IMG/VR virus record: IMGVR_UViG_3300049485_000050
Coordinates: 1-57,072 of that record
Reading direction: 5' to 3' (one strand)
Length of the DNA stretch: 57,072 nucleotides
Source of the DNA: a virus
Taxonomy: Duplodnaviria; Caudoviricetes
Shown piece after piece: positions 27,878 through 37,727 of the stretch; the stretch's first letter is position 1, and the number at the start of each line of letters is the position of its first letter. The notes under the pieces were generated by a model, which had not been told where the DNA came from, made no database searches, and worked only from the letters and a program-made list of their open reading frames with translations. The position numbers and the translations under genes are program-made.

Positions 27878-30800
27878 TGTGCAACTCCTCAATTTCCACG
27901 GGTGTGGTCATTTTGATGTCACCGCGTTGATACGCTTGCATTGCTTCGGCTTTAGTTTTGAATTTGTGTACGGCACCGGCGTCGACTTTGGTCGCAAGAT
28001 ACGCACCTAAAATAGCCTCATGCTTAGGAAATACCATGAGATCTGCTGCATGCTTATCGCCAAATAGTAGTTTGGACATTGTGAGATTCTGAGCTTCTTG
28101 AACAGCCGCCGCAGTTACCGGGACGTGCAGCTGCATAGCATCTCCATCGTAGTCCAAGTTTTGTCCCGTCTCCATAAAGGGATTTACACGCAGCGACTTG
28201 CCTTGAACAGGCACGGGGTAGGCTGCGACAATATTGTGTCTGTGCAGAGACGGTGCACGATTTACAAACATCGGCCGGTAAGTAATTTCATGGTTTAGTA
28301 CTGAGTTAGCTGCGGGGTGTCGGTCTTCGACCATTTTTTTGGCGTCAAGCGGCCTGTAGCCTTGTCCGATAAGCCCGCGCATTATGAACTTATCATACGT
28401 AGTCCAAAGCATGTCTTCTGGTACACCGATTTGGTCTATGTCTAGCGTATTATCCGGCGTGGCTGTGGCGCGTCCTGTAAGGTCTTGCTGGCGTCGTAAT
28501 ACCTTCTTGTGCAGGAATCCCGTTTTCGGTGAGCCAGATCCCGTGATCTGTTCGATAAAGCCCTTTATTTCGCGATTAGCGCGGCCGGGCGTCGTAGCTT
28601 TTTGCGTACCGAAAAGAGAGCCTACAGCGTCATGCAGATATTTACGCGAGTCCGAGATGACACCCGGCATCTCAGTTTCTTTGCTGTTGTGTAGCGCGGC
28701 ACTGGCAAGACCGACGTCACGGTAAAGGTAATTGATGTCTGATATCTGCAAGTCATTACCGCGACTGGACTGCACAATAGGACGCATCATCGGAGGGATA
28801 ACCGGTATTTTAGAGATAACGTACGCGTCTCCGGCCTTGGAGAAACCGTTCTTTTTAAGCCCTTCGATATATTTGAGCTTCTTTACAACACCATCTAGAT
28901 CCGACCCGCGCTTAGTGCGCGTTTGTTCGCGTAGCTCTACCGCAAGCTGGTCGAGATCTAATTTATTCAATTGCTTGCGTATCCCTGCACCACCGGAAGT
29001 ACCGATTTCGTCCTTGAGTTGCTTCTTAGACATATTCAACAGACGCCGTACCGCGTCTTCAAATACCGGATTTACAATTGGTTCAGTCAAGTCGATATGC
29101 GACCACTTTTTGCCGCTCATACCGCCGGTCAAATTGGGGTCGAATAAACCCCCAGTCTCTGGAGCTAGGTTCTTGGCATTAACCATGAACGATTTAGACT
29201 TATCCAGGCTGGGCGTACTGAGCGCACCCGTAGATAAATTTGAGGTAGCACGATCCGTCAACGGACCAAGACTTACGTGCGCCCCCTCCTTATTAACATT
29301 GATGCCCGCACCTTGAAGCATCGCCATAAATTTCTCTGTGACGAATGGCGTTTTAGGCGGCGGAGCCGGTAGGCCAAATTCATACGCACGCCAGAAATCA
29401 TCGCTTTTCTCACTTTTCAAGGTCAATGCTTCTTTCAAAACATTGCGCGCGTTATGTGCGAGAAGTGCGTTAACTTCCATTCTGCCCAGACCTTTGGCGC
29501 CTTCATCGCCGCCTTTGGTAGGCTGCAAGTTGACGTCGTAGCCGGATACACCGCGGGCTGAGTAATTGGTCTCAGTTGACTTAAATAGTTTATGGATAAA
29601 CGAACGCCCCACAAAGACGTTCGGAATGTCTTTGCCAGAAACAGGGTCGTGGACTGTTTCTTTGTCCTTAACGCCGTGCTCTTTCATGAGGCGTTTAGCA
29701 AATTCAACATTGTTCTCATTTTGAAACTGCGGGACGACAATAGGCTTGCCGATCTTCTCCGCAACTTTGCCGAGGGCCGCTTCAACAACTTGGCCGGGAT
29801 TAATGCGGCTGACGATACCTGCTGACGTGAACAGCACGTCGATAGGTTTTTTATTTTCGTCCTGTATCATTCGGTTGTCTGGAATGATTTCAGAAACCAC
29901 GCCTTTGCCGCCAAACCGATTCGATAGCTTGTCGCCGATCTTCATCGGTTCTTGCGTTCGAATCGTGACCATGACTTGACGCGTGGCGTTCGTAACGTCT
30001 TGCACGGTGGCGGGTACGAGCTTGTCCCATGTAATCGTAACGTCTCGATATGGCTTGAGCAGCGATTTGTGAAATAGGCCGAGCATGGCTTGCTCTGGCG
30101 TGGGCGCTGCTTTGCGTAAGCCTAAGATGAGCGGATCCCCCTTGTTAAAGGTAGCGCCCTTTTTAGCTACGCCATTTTCATCTAGCTTATTGAGCTGCTC
30201 CGCGCTGAAACGCACACCGTAATACGCAACGTATTTGGGCTTATTTATAATAATATCCGGGCCCTTTTGCAGGACCTCTTTGTACATATGTTCGGAAGTC
30301 AGCTTGTGCGAGGCGCCTTCACTTATAACGACCGCGTCGTTTGAGTTCTTGCCGTAGTACGCCATGTACGCAATAGACAGATTTTTAACCAGCGCGGTCT
30401 CGCCACCTTTGGTAAAGTTGGACTCGCCGAGTAGCTGGTCCTGCTTTACCTTGTCGCCGACTTTGACGTTCAAAGTGTCATGCAAGTAGGTCTTCGCTGT
30501 TAGCGGGAAGTATGTATTGTACGGAACCTTGATTAACGCAGGTTCAGCCGCCGCAGTCTTTGCGTGAGGACGAATGTAAATGTAATCGTCATCTATCTTT
30601 TCGATAGTGCCGTCAACCGACGACGACGGGGCAATTACACGCGCAATAGTGCGCTCCATGCTCTCACCCTCAGGTCCGCCACCTGCTTGTACTAGAGGTG
30701 CTTCACGGTGTACGAGCGGCAAAGCTTGTGCCTGGAATTTAGATCCCATGATCGCGCGATTGCCCTGCATGCCGTCGAGGAAAGGCACGAGTGCCGTAGC

Positions 30801-32273
30801 CGGGCTGAACATATGCGTCAGATTCGGCATGACGTAATCTACGTCTTTTTTAGCAATTGAACGCGTGTGGTCGCCTTGTAATACGTCCCAGTGCGTGCGG
30901 TGATCTTGCCCTGGAAATGCAACGTTGCTTTTAGCAAGGTCCATAACGGATACGTCTTCGAGACGCCCGTTACGTGTGTTATGCATGCGCGCGTAGAGAT
31001 TGCCTTCAGAATCTTTGTGTGCTGTTAACGCGCTATGAATATCAATGCCTGTTTTAGGACCGTCAGGCGTATGTACGGGGTCGATGACGCCGAAATGTGA
31101 ATTATGGACTTTACGTGATTCGAAAGGAATTGCTCGATCACTGCTAATCCCGCCTTCGCCAAGGGATGTTATTTTACTGGCGTAATCTAGGATCTCTACC
31201 GGGTTGATTTGCGTTGGCTGAGACGACAACGCGGCACCCGTCAAGAAACTATTTATTGATTTTGTGAATACCGAATTAGGCACCATGGACTTAATGTCTG
31301 AGCCCGATTGGTTTAGCCGGCCTGCTATTTTCTTTGCAACAGTACGACGTGCCTCTACGTCGAGACGCTCTTTGAAAAAGTCGTCTGTAGAGTGCAGCGT
31401 CTTGAATTCCAAGCTGTCACGGTCATCGGTTTTAGCAGTGCCCTTGTGTACATCGATCAGTTTCTTGCTGGCCACTAGCAACGCCTGCGCGTCAGCCCGG
31501 CCTAGGGGCATACCTAGCGTACGGCTATTTACGGCAGAATCCATCGTAGTACTGTGGAAGTAATCGCGAACGAATGCGCGCTTACCTTCAAGCGACGTGG
31601 GAGCAACCTGGTTTGGCCGTCTTATCTTGCTGACGATCTTGTTGAGAATAACGTCTTCTTTTTTGGCGGATACGTTAGAATTCGCAGCGGTGAGCTCGTC
31701 ACCCCAGTACTGTTTGATTTCAGTATCTGATGTACCTAGGATTTTCAGAATAGCGTACAGCGGAAGCTTCGAGGTCTTCGCAGTACCGCCTACTTCCATA
31801 TTTAATCGGCCAGTCGAAGGCTCCATCGCTAACCGGAAATTCGAGCCTTTGCTCAAATTGAACGCGGCTTCGAACTCACCGTTGTTACGCTCGCGTGTAT
31901 AAACGCCCGACTTCAGCCGTAACTGGTTCGGGACGTTATACTCGTTGCCGCCCACGACGAACGTGTAACGACGGGTAAAGTACGGCAGGTGAACGAGGAT
32001 GCGCTTCTGCTCGTCAGTGAGCTGCCCCGTAGCGTTGTCCCGTAGTTTAATCGTGCCGCTAATAGCTTCGTTCAGCGTTCGGCCGCTCATGAGAGCGTCT
32101 TTCTGATCACTGTTCGAGAAGTCCTTGCGGCTCACGTCTAGTCCGTGAAGTTCCAGCGTTGACTTCTTGCCGATGATGGGAAACAGCGCCTTGAGACCCT
32201 CCATAGTCTTTTGGCGGATCTGCTCGCGACGCACGTCTGCGTCCACAACTATGGGTTGTAAATTCAAGGGCAT
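27870..32273 (-). CDS. rpoB: Phage RNA polymerase: beta subunit fused to the N-terminal half of beta'
   Basis: Beta motifs (FVVGGNEY..NQL, SLGEGG...VHNSHFGVIDPVHTPDG, NRAIMGS, GDKLSNRFGGKGVVS, SRINPGQ, GRMEVNAL) run without a stop into beta' motifs (GGLFD, IPVIPPMMRP, SDINYLY, NRAPSLH, catalytic NLDYDGD at 28140-28160). Confidence 0.95.
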   Translation of the reverse strand: MPLNLQPIVVDADVRREQIRQKTMEGLKALFPIIGKKSTLELHGLDVSRKDFSNSDQKDALMSGRTLNEAISGTIKLRDNATGQLTDEQKRILVHLPYFTRRYTFVVGGNEYNVPNQLRLKSGVYTRERNNGEFEAAFNLSKGSNFRLAMEPSTGRLNMEVGGTAKTSKLPLYAILKILGTSDTEIKQYWGDELTAANSNVSAKKEDVILNKIVSKIRRPNQVAPTSLEGKRAFVRDYFHSTTMDSAVNSRTLGMPLGRADAQALLVASKKLIDVHKGTAKTDDRDSLEFKTLHSTDDFFKERLDVEARRTVAKKIAGRLNQSGSDIKSMVPNSVFTKSINSFLTGAALSSQPTQINPVEILDYASKITSLGEGGISSDRAIPFESRKVHNSHFGVIDPVHTPDGPKTGIDIHSALTAHKDSEGNLYARMHNTRNGRLEDVSVMDLAKSNVAFPGQDHRTHWDVLQGDHTRSIAKKDVDYVMPNLTHMFSPATALVPFLDGMQGNRAIMGSKFQAQALPLVHREAPLVQAGGGPEGESMERTIARVIAPSSSVDGTIEKIDDDYIYIRPHAKTAAAEPALIKVPYNTYFPLTAKTYLHDTLNVKVGDKVKQDQLLGESNFTKGGETALVKNLSIAYMAYYGKNSNDAVVISEGASHKLTSEHMYKEVLQKGPDIIINKPKYVAYYGVRFSAEQLNKLDENGVAKKGATFNKGDPLILGLRKAAPTPEQAMLGLFHKSLLKPYRDVTITWDKLVPATVQDVTNATRQVMVTIRTQEPMKIGDKLSNRFGGKGVVSEIIPDNRMIQDENKKPIDVLFTSAGIVSRINPGQVVEAALGKVAEKIGKPIVVPQFQNENNVEFAKRLMKEHGVKDKETVHDPVSGKDIPNVFVGRSFIHKLFKSTETNYSARGVSGYDVNLQPTKGGDEGAKGLGRMEVNALLAHNARNVLKEALTLKSEKSDDFWRAYEFGLPAPPPKTPFVTEKFMAMLQGAGINVNKEGAHVSLGPLTDRATSNLSTGALSTPSLDKSKSFMVNAKNLAPETGGLFDPNLTGGMSGKKWSHIDLTEPIVNPVFEDAVRRLLNMSKKQLKDEIGTSGGAGIRKQLNKLDLDQLAVELREQTRTKRGSDLDGVVKKLKYIEGLKKNGFSKAGDAYVISKIPVIPPMMRPIVQSSRGNDLQISDINYLYRDVGLASAALHNSKETEMPGVISDSRKYLHDAVGSLFGTQKATTPGRANREIKGFIEQITGSGSPKTGFLHKKVLRRQQDLTGRATATPDNTLDIDQIGVPEDMLWTTYDKFIMRGLIGQGYRPLDAKKMVEDRHPAANSVLNHEITYRPMFVNRAPSLHRHNIVAAYPVPVQGKSLRVNPFMETGQNLDYDGDAMQLHVPVTAAAVQEAQNLTMSKLLFGDKHAADLMVFPKHEAILGAYLATKVDAGAVHKFKTKAEAMQAYQRGDIKMTTPVEIEELHSV

Positions 32274-32281
32274 GCCCTGCT

Positions 32282-32311
32282 ATTATACTCGGTTTTTTCA
32301 AAAAACCGCAA
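32282..32311 (-). promoter_or_regulatory. sigma70-type promoter of the RNAP gene, probably leaderless mRNA
   Basis: TTGCGG-18 nt-TATAAT with only 8 nt between the -10 box and the ATG. Confidence 0.55.
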
Positions 32312-32333
32312 CCCTTGCTGGTAAAAGAATGTA
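32290..32333 (+). promoter_or_regulatory. Candidate phage-specific promoter, copy 1
   Basis: Palindrome CGGTTTTTT-C-AAAAAACCG followed by GGTAAAAGAATGTA; same layout as at 39061-39103. Confidence 0.5.
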
Positions 32334-32371
32334 GAGACGTATTAAAGCCACGTTTCTTTTCAGGAGGAAAC

Positions 32372-33097
32372 TTGAGCAATAGTAGCAGATTGGATGGGGA
32401 TATCCGCGTACAGGACTTGGCAGGTCCTACGTTTGCGGGTATCGATCTGCAGACAGCCAGACTCATAGTCTGGGGGGTGCATTACTCAAATATCAGTAAA
32501 GTGCTCGCATACTTGCGAGCCCGCCGATTGGAGGTCAGCAAAGAAGAGTTGTACCGTTACGCTATGACGTACCGTGCACTTTTCCGAGTAGACGTAGCCC
32601 GAGACGTACAAGCCAGCTGTTGGCACTGCGGTGATGTTCTACCTCCGATGGAGGAAGAACTTTGCGAGTGTTACAACCGGGCCGTGCCTAAGGTCTACAT
32701 CGAGCCGACTCTCCTAGCGATCGAACAGGAAAAGTTATCTTTTCCAACTACATGGCATTTGCGCCTACAAAGTGTTTATATTTGCAGCAACGATGACTGT
32801 CGTCGGCTTAATGACGTGCCGTTAGGCGTTGTTGCATCAGATTTGCGAAAGGTGCAGTTGCGATACGAACAGCAACTCGCCCAATATAATGCCGCAGTAG
32901 CTAGCGGTAATCTACAAGTTGTGGCTCCGCGCGAGCCGACCTGGCGCCCGAAGACTAAGTGCCACGCGTGTTATCAGCAAGAGCTGAAGACCGGAAGGCG
33001 CTCAAGCGCTCCACCGCCACGTGTTAATATAAAACAACGCGAACAAAGTACGCTCGCGTCTTTAATACTGTCGATTCCGCCAACTGCCGAGAGCTGA
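32372..33097 (+). CDS. Cys-rich (zinc-binding) hypothetical protein, possible regulator
   Basis: Start re-assigned to TTG 32372 after AGGAGG; CWHC, CEC, CSNDDC and CHAC motifs. Confidence 0.6.
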   Translation: MSNSSRLDGDIRVQDLAGPTFAGIDLQTARLIVWGVHYSNISKVLAYLRARRLEVSKEELYRYAMTYRALFRVDVARDVQASCWHCGDVLPPMEEELCECYNRAVPKVYIEPTLLAIEQEKLSFPTTWHLRLQSVYICSNDDCRRLNDVPLGVVASDLRKVQLRYEQQLAQYNAAVASGNLQVVAPREPTWRPKTKCHACYQQELKTGRRSSAPPPRVNIKQREQSTLASLILSIPPTAES

Positions 33098-33148
33098 TAA
33101 TGCACGTACGCCCAGTCGTCCCTGTACCGCCTATTAAGCGGTAAGGGA

Positions 33149-33180
33149 TAACCTGCCCACGCAGGTGGGTGGGCGGGTTA
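33149..33180. terminator. GC-rich hairpin between convergent genes
   Basis: TAACCTGCCCAC...GTGGGCGGGTTA; a second hairpin TACCGC-7-GCGGTA lies at 33125-33143; no long U tract. Confidence 0.45.
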
Positions 33181-33675
33181 GTCGTCGTCAGTATCGTTTG
33201 GAAAGTCTTCGACGGTATCTGGGTCTTTATCGTCTGGATCTGTCGAGGGCGTAAGAAGCTCACTCGTTGTTAAAAACGGGTGATCTTTTTTAGATCCTGC
33301 CTTCGGCTGCATCCACTCAAGCCAGATAACGACGGTGCCGTCTTTGAGGAAAGTCTCTGTCTTCTTCACTACGACGACCTCTCCGGAGAGAGATCTGTCC
33401 ATAATGTCTTTGAGCCGGTCCGACTCGTCGATATCTTCAAATATCGCAGTGCCATGATCCATGGCAGTCATTTCTTTACCGATAGTCAAGCGTGCTGACT
33501 GATATTCAAATGAATACTCAGTAGCGTTGGCGACCTTGCCTGCCGTACCCGGTGCGATTGATTTAACGAGACTTTCAAACTCAGAGCCTCTAAGTAAATC
33601 AGGCACGGCTTTTTCGTTACTGGCTATATCCGGTAACGTCTGCGCGAACTGCAGCGCTTTGATAAAATCATCCAT
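33178..33675 (-). CDS. Hypothetical protein downstream of the portal
   Basis: Start overlaps the portal stop; acidic tail. Confidence 0.65.
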   Translation of the reverse strand: MDDFIKALQFAQTLPDIASNEKAVPDLLRGSEFESLVKSIAPGTAGKVANATEYSFEYQSARLTIGKEMTAMDHGTAIFEDIDESDRLKDIMDRSLSGEVVVVKKTETFLKDGTVVIWLEWMQPKAGSKKDHPFLTTSELLTPSTDPDDKDPDTVEDFPNDTDDD

Positions 33676-35402
33676 TAAGCGGCTCCGCTGCTAAAGTCTG
33701 CTAGTGCTTGTTGTTTCTCTACAGCTTTCTGAGTAGACCAGCGGTCTTTTACAACAGCGTACATAACAGGGTCTTCTTGAGATAGTTGTGCGAGCATAGA
33801 CTTTTGAGTGCTGGGGTCTGCAGCACCCATTTGTTGTACCATTTGTTCCGCGGCGGAAATAATAGCTTGCGGATTGTAAGAAAGTCCTGATCCGGACTGG
33901 GACTCATTTTGAGCTTGTTGCGATAGCGAGTTTTGTATTTTGTTCATCTTCTTGGCGAGCTCCATTTGCATGCGAGCTTCATCAAGAGATTCTTGTAGGC
34001 GTTTTTCGCGTTCTTCGTTTATGTCAGCATCATTGAGATCGAGCATCGTGGTGTTCGAAATCATGCCGCCTGTTGCTTGTTGCAGGCCTAGCAAGAATTG
34101 CTTTTGCACGGCGTCGTCAACGAGCTTAAACGGTAAGTACTCTGCTTCTACAAATTTCCAGCTTAGAATTTTACTGGATTGTTTTATTATCCATTCCAAT
34201 TGCTCATTGAGGTGTGACGTGTACGTTTCGAGCTGATTCTCTAACATGCGCAGCGTTATAGATGAGCCTGAAAATGATAGTCCGCCGTAAATGAATTCCT
34301 TGGGAATTCCCATTGCCGCAATAATCTCTTCTTCTGCTTCTTTGATTTCACCTAGCGTAAGTAACGAACGGCCTTGGCCACCCATCATGGTCACGCCTAG
34401 GGCCGCAGGTGCGAACATAATGTGCAGAGGGTCGCGCCGCCAGCGTTTGATATTGGCGGTCATTTCTTGACGCCACTTCATCAAGTTGACCATCTGCGCT
34501 GGATCGGCTGCACCACTGATCGGTGCTGGATGCAGTACGCGAAACGGTAGTATATGCTCGAACGCTATAGCCTCGTTCGCTTTACGCAGAATAGCCGTGT
34601 AGAGAAAAAGCTTGATCGTCGTTGTTAGAGGTGGAAATCCCCACTGTGATGAGATACCCGCGGGCGGGTGAATCTTCATGTGGTAAACGGCACCATCCGC
34701 GAATTCGAATAATTTATCATCACGAATCGCCTTGAGAAACTCGATAGGCATCGTGTTAATAATGTGAGCATCGCCTTTCTCGACTTTGCTCTTTAGTTCC
34801 TGCGGAATAGTGTAGTAGTATACGGATTCATTTGTGATAGGGTTGTGGTTGATATCCATCAACTTCGGGTCCCAACGAATCACGTTAATGCGATGCTCGT
34901 CACTTGCTTTTTCATCGAGAATATCGCCCGTAGTAGTGGTATTGCAAGCAGGGCAGGTATATGAGAATGCCAAATTTTTCAGGTTGAATTTATACGTTGT
35001 CTTCTTGATTCCAGTTCGGGCATTGCATTCTTTGCAAATAAGGAAACGATTAAACGGATGGTATACGGACGTAAACGAATTTCCGTAAAGATGCAAATCC
35101 AGCCCGGACGCAATAGCGACACCTTTTATTCGTATAGACTTATTTAGTACACGTTCCCAATTTTTAGTTAATGCTTCGTCGCTGGACTGGATCATCACTT
35201 TAGTGACGGGGTACTCGGCGAATTTCTTTAGCGCTGCAAAAATATGCGCTGAATTGTAGTACAGATATTCGACCCAGCGAAACAAGTCTTTCAGCTTACG
35301 TGGAGCGAAGCCTGTTACGAAATCGAACATCGGATTGGGATGGCTGCCTCGACCGCGAGAACCCCCAGCGAGATCTAAAATTCCTGGATCACTTGTCGAC
35401 AT
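33675..35402 (-). CDS. Probable portal protein
   Basis: 575 aa; portal-like layout (KFAEYP, DLHLYGNSF, WGFPPL, EEEIIAAMGIPKEFIYGG, ISNTTML) and coiled-coil C-terminus; CxxC...CxxC insert. Confidence 0.7.
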   Translation of the reverse strand: MSTSDPGILDLAGGSRGRGSHPNPMFDFVTGFAPRKLKDLFRWVEYLYYNSAHIFAALKKFAEYPVTKVMIQSSDEALTKNWERVLNKSIRIKGVAIASGLDLHLYGNSFTSVYHPFNRFLICKECNARTGIKKTTYKFNLKNLAFSYTCPACNTTTTGDILDEKASDEHRINVIRWDPKLMDINHNPITNESVYYYTIPQELKSKVEKGDAHIINTMPIEFLKAIRDDKLFEFADGAVYHMKIHPPAGISSQWGFPPLTTTIKLFLYTAILRKANEAIAFEHILPFRVLHPAPISGAADPAQMVNLMKWRQEMTANIKRWRRDPLHIMFAPAALGVTMMGGQGRSLLTLGEIKEAEEEIIAAMGIPKEFIYGGLSFSGSSITLRMLENQLETYTSHLNEQLEWIIKQSSKILSWKFVEAEYLPFKLVDDAVQKQFLLGLQQATGGMISNTTMLDLNDADINEEREKRLQESLDEARMQMELAKKMNKIQNSLSQQAQNESQSGSGLSYNPQAIISAAEQMVQQMGAADPSTQKSMLAQLSQEDPVMYAVVKDRWSTQKAVEKQQALADFSSGAA

Positions 35403-35427
35403 GCATTTTCCCCTGTAGGAGTACGCG

Positions 35428-37332
35428 GTGACCTACACACTAAAACTCGGCTCAGTCTACGGTACTCCAGTATTTACGCTGCAATGCTTTGAAAGTGCAG
35501 TTAAAAATGTGTACGGAGCGTCCTTTTCCGGCAAAGACAAACTTTGGCGGTTTCCTGCATTTTTCCCGGTACACCAACTCGTTATGTCAGACCTGCCGAA
35601 GATGGTGGCGGGGCTACAGTACGCTCCTGAAGTAGTTGAACATGTACAAAAGCTTGCTGCGCCGGTTGCCCTACCTGAAGATTTTAGTTTCTTAACGCAA
35701 CCATACCAACATCAGCGGGACGGGGTGTTGCATTTACTACAGCGTCCCCGCGCCGCGTTGTTCTATTCGCCAGGACTTGGGAAGTGCAAAATAACTGTTG
35801 ATTTGCAGCGGATTACACAGGACCGCATGCTGATACTATGCCCGCTTGTGATGCTTGGCACGTGGGCGGAAGAGTTCAAAAAACACGGAAATATCGATGA
35901 TGTTCTAATTATTGATGGCTCTAAAAAACAAAAACAGGGCCGTCTTGCGCAAGCCCAGTTACGGGCACCCGTCGCCACAATACTTACGTACAACGTCGCT
36001 ACGTTGTACACGGATGATATACTAAAAATAGATTACTCCGCAATTATTGCAGATGAGTCGCATATGTTAAAGACGCCGTACTCTAAACGTACACAGGCGT
36101 CAACGTCACTAGCCTTACGCGCATCACGTAGAGTACTACTGTCAGGCACGCCGTCGCTAGGGTCGCCCTTCGATTTATACGCGCAGCTGCGTTTTCTCGG
36201 TACGTATTTCTGCCCTGAGAACTGGTGGCACTTTAGAAAACACTTTGGAGTATTTCATCCGAGCGAGGACGGCGAAGCAGTACCGAAAATGCTCATCGGG
36301 TTTAAGAATATGGACACGATGAATACCCGTGTCGGTCTCGTTAGCTTGAAGAAGACCAAAGAAGAGTGTTTGGATTTGCCAGATCAGCTTATTTTGGACG
36401 AATATTTTGTCGTTACAAACCCTACCAAGCGTGCGTACAACACACTCATACTAGACCACTGCTTAGGGGCGGGCGTTTCGGTACAAGAGAAAATACTTGC
36501 GGGTGAGCTGACTGTAAAAGACGGCCCTGTAATTGACCCGCACGTCATAGCTACAGAGCTCATTGTTAAGCTGAATAAGCTAGACCAGCTAGCAAGTAGC
36601 TTTGTTTATCAAGCAACAAAAAACCCGTTACTCTGTGTTGGCTGTTCTAATGCTGCGAAATGTAGCGCTGACGATATATTGCCGTACACGCCTAAATGCA
36701 CTGTGAGTCAGCGTGAACCTGCGTCCGTCGTTATGACGTACGCGGACAATTCACGCCTTGAGCGTTGTGTAGGATTACTCGAAGCTATTCTAGAAGATCC
36801 CGCTAACAAAGTGATTATTTGGGCTAAATTCATGCCTGAATTGGATGCGCTCGAAGCTGTTATAAAGGAACTAGGGAGTCAGTACGTCCGCGTGCAGGGC
36901 GGATTTACACGCGAGCAACTCACGCACGCGATGAATACGTTTAATAACGCCCCTGAATGCAGAGTATATCTCGGCCAGGTAGCTACGGGTGTCGGCGTCA
37001 CCCTAAATGCTGCTAATTACACTATTTACTATAACTTGCCTTGGAGCTTGGATCAGTATTTACAGTCGTTAGATCGTAATTATCGTATTGGTCAAACTAA
37101 AAAAGTTACAGTGTATCGGCTATTGGGCCGGCATACACTAGACGTATCTAAAGCTGCAGCTTTAGATCAAAAAATAGATTTTAGTCAACTCGTGACATCG
37201 AAGGCTGTATGCGCTACGTGTACGGATTATCACACGCGTTGTTCGAAATACAAAATAAAATTGTACGATGCGGAGTGTAAATACGACCGTGAGATGATGC
37301 GGAAAACAGCTGCAGTGGAGTTAATCCCGTGA
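35428..37332 (+). CDS. SNF2-family helicase/ATPase
   Basis: PYQHQ, PGLGK, IIADESH, LSGTP, GVGVTL, QSLDRNYRIGQ. Confidence 0.9.
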   Translation: MTYTLKLGSVYGTPVFTLQCFESAVKNVYGASFSGKDKLWRFPAFFPVHQLVMSDLPKMVAGLQYAPEVVEHVQKLAAPVALPEDFSFLTQPYQHQRDGVLHLLQRPRAALFYSPGLGKCKITVDLQRITQDRMLILCPLVMLGTWAEEFKKHGNIDDVLIIDGSKKQKQGRLAQAQLRAPVATILTYNVATLYTDDILKIDYSAIIADESHMLKTPYSKRTQASTSLALRASRRVLLSGTPSLGSPFDLYAQLRFLGTYFCPENWWHFRKHFGVFHPSEDGEAVPKMLIGFKNMDTMNTRVGLVSLKKTKEECLDLPDQLILDEYFVVTNPTKRAYNTLILDHCLGAGVSVQEKILAGELTVKDGPVIDPHVIATELIVKLNKLDQLASSFVYQATKNPLLCVGCSNAAKCSADDILPYTPKCTVSQREPASVVMTYADNSRLERCVGLLEAILEDPANKVIIWAKFMPELDALEAVIKELGSQYVRVQGGFTREQLTHAMNTFNNAPECRVYLGQVATGVGVTLNAANYTIYYNLPWSLDQYLQSLDRNYRIGQTKKVTVYRLLGRHTLDVSKAAALDQKIDFSQLVTSKAVCATCTDYHTRCSKYKIKLYDAECKYDREMMRKTAAVELIP

Positions 37333-37727
37333 AAGTAACGTTGGAATTCGAAGAGAATGATCTCAGAGAGATGCTTACAAGTTATTTCAGAGGCAATGGT
37401 TTCGCAGTAAAAAATCTTGATGAAGTATGTGATAAATTCAAGTACGCATACGCTGACGGGTTGAAAGTACAAGCAGAGATTATGACGGTAGACCCGCCCG
37501 TGCGGCAACCGACGGCAGCGTCTGTCCTACGAGGTGTCGAGGACGAAGTTGCCGACACAGCCGAAGGCGACGAAGTAATCGAGGCCGCTGAACCCATGCT
37601 GTCACTCAACGATTTAACAGATCCCTCGCCGCGCGGGCGTGTTGTCAGCCTAGCTAATACAAAGAATGAATTTGCAGATCTTATCAATGCAAGCAAACGC
37701 ATTGAACAAGAGAGGCGTAGAACGTGA
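37329..37727 (+). CDS. Hypothetical protein
   Basis: GTGA-coupled to both neighbours. Confidence 0.65.
   Translation: MKVTLEFEENDLREMLTSYFRGNGFAVKNLDEVCDKFKYAYADGLKVQAEIMTVDPPVRQPTAASVLRGVEDEVADTAEGDEVIEAAEPMLSLNDLTDPSPRGRVVSLANTKNEFADLINASKRIEQERRRT

Noticed and set aside
25212-32273. Bacterial chromosomal rpoBC locus
   Set aside because: Sequences are very divergent, the partition is non-cellular, no ribosomal protein genes are nearby, and the neighbours are virion genes.
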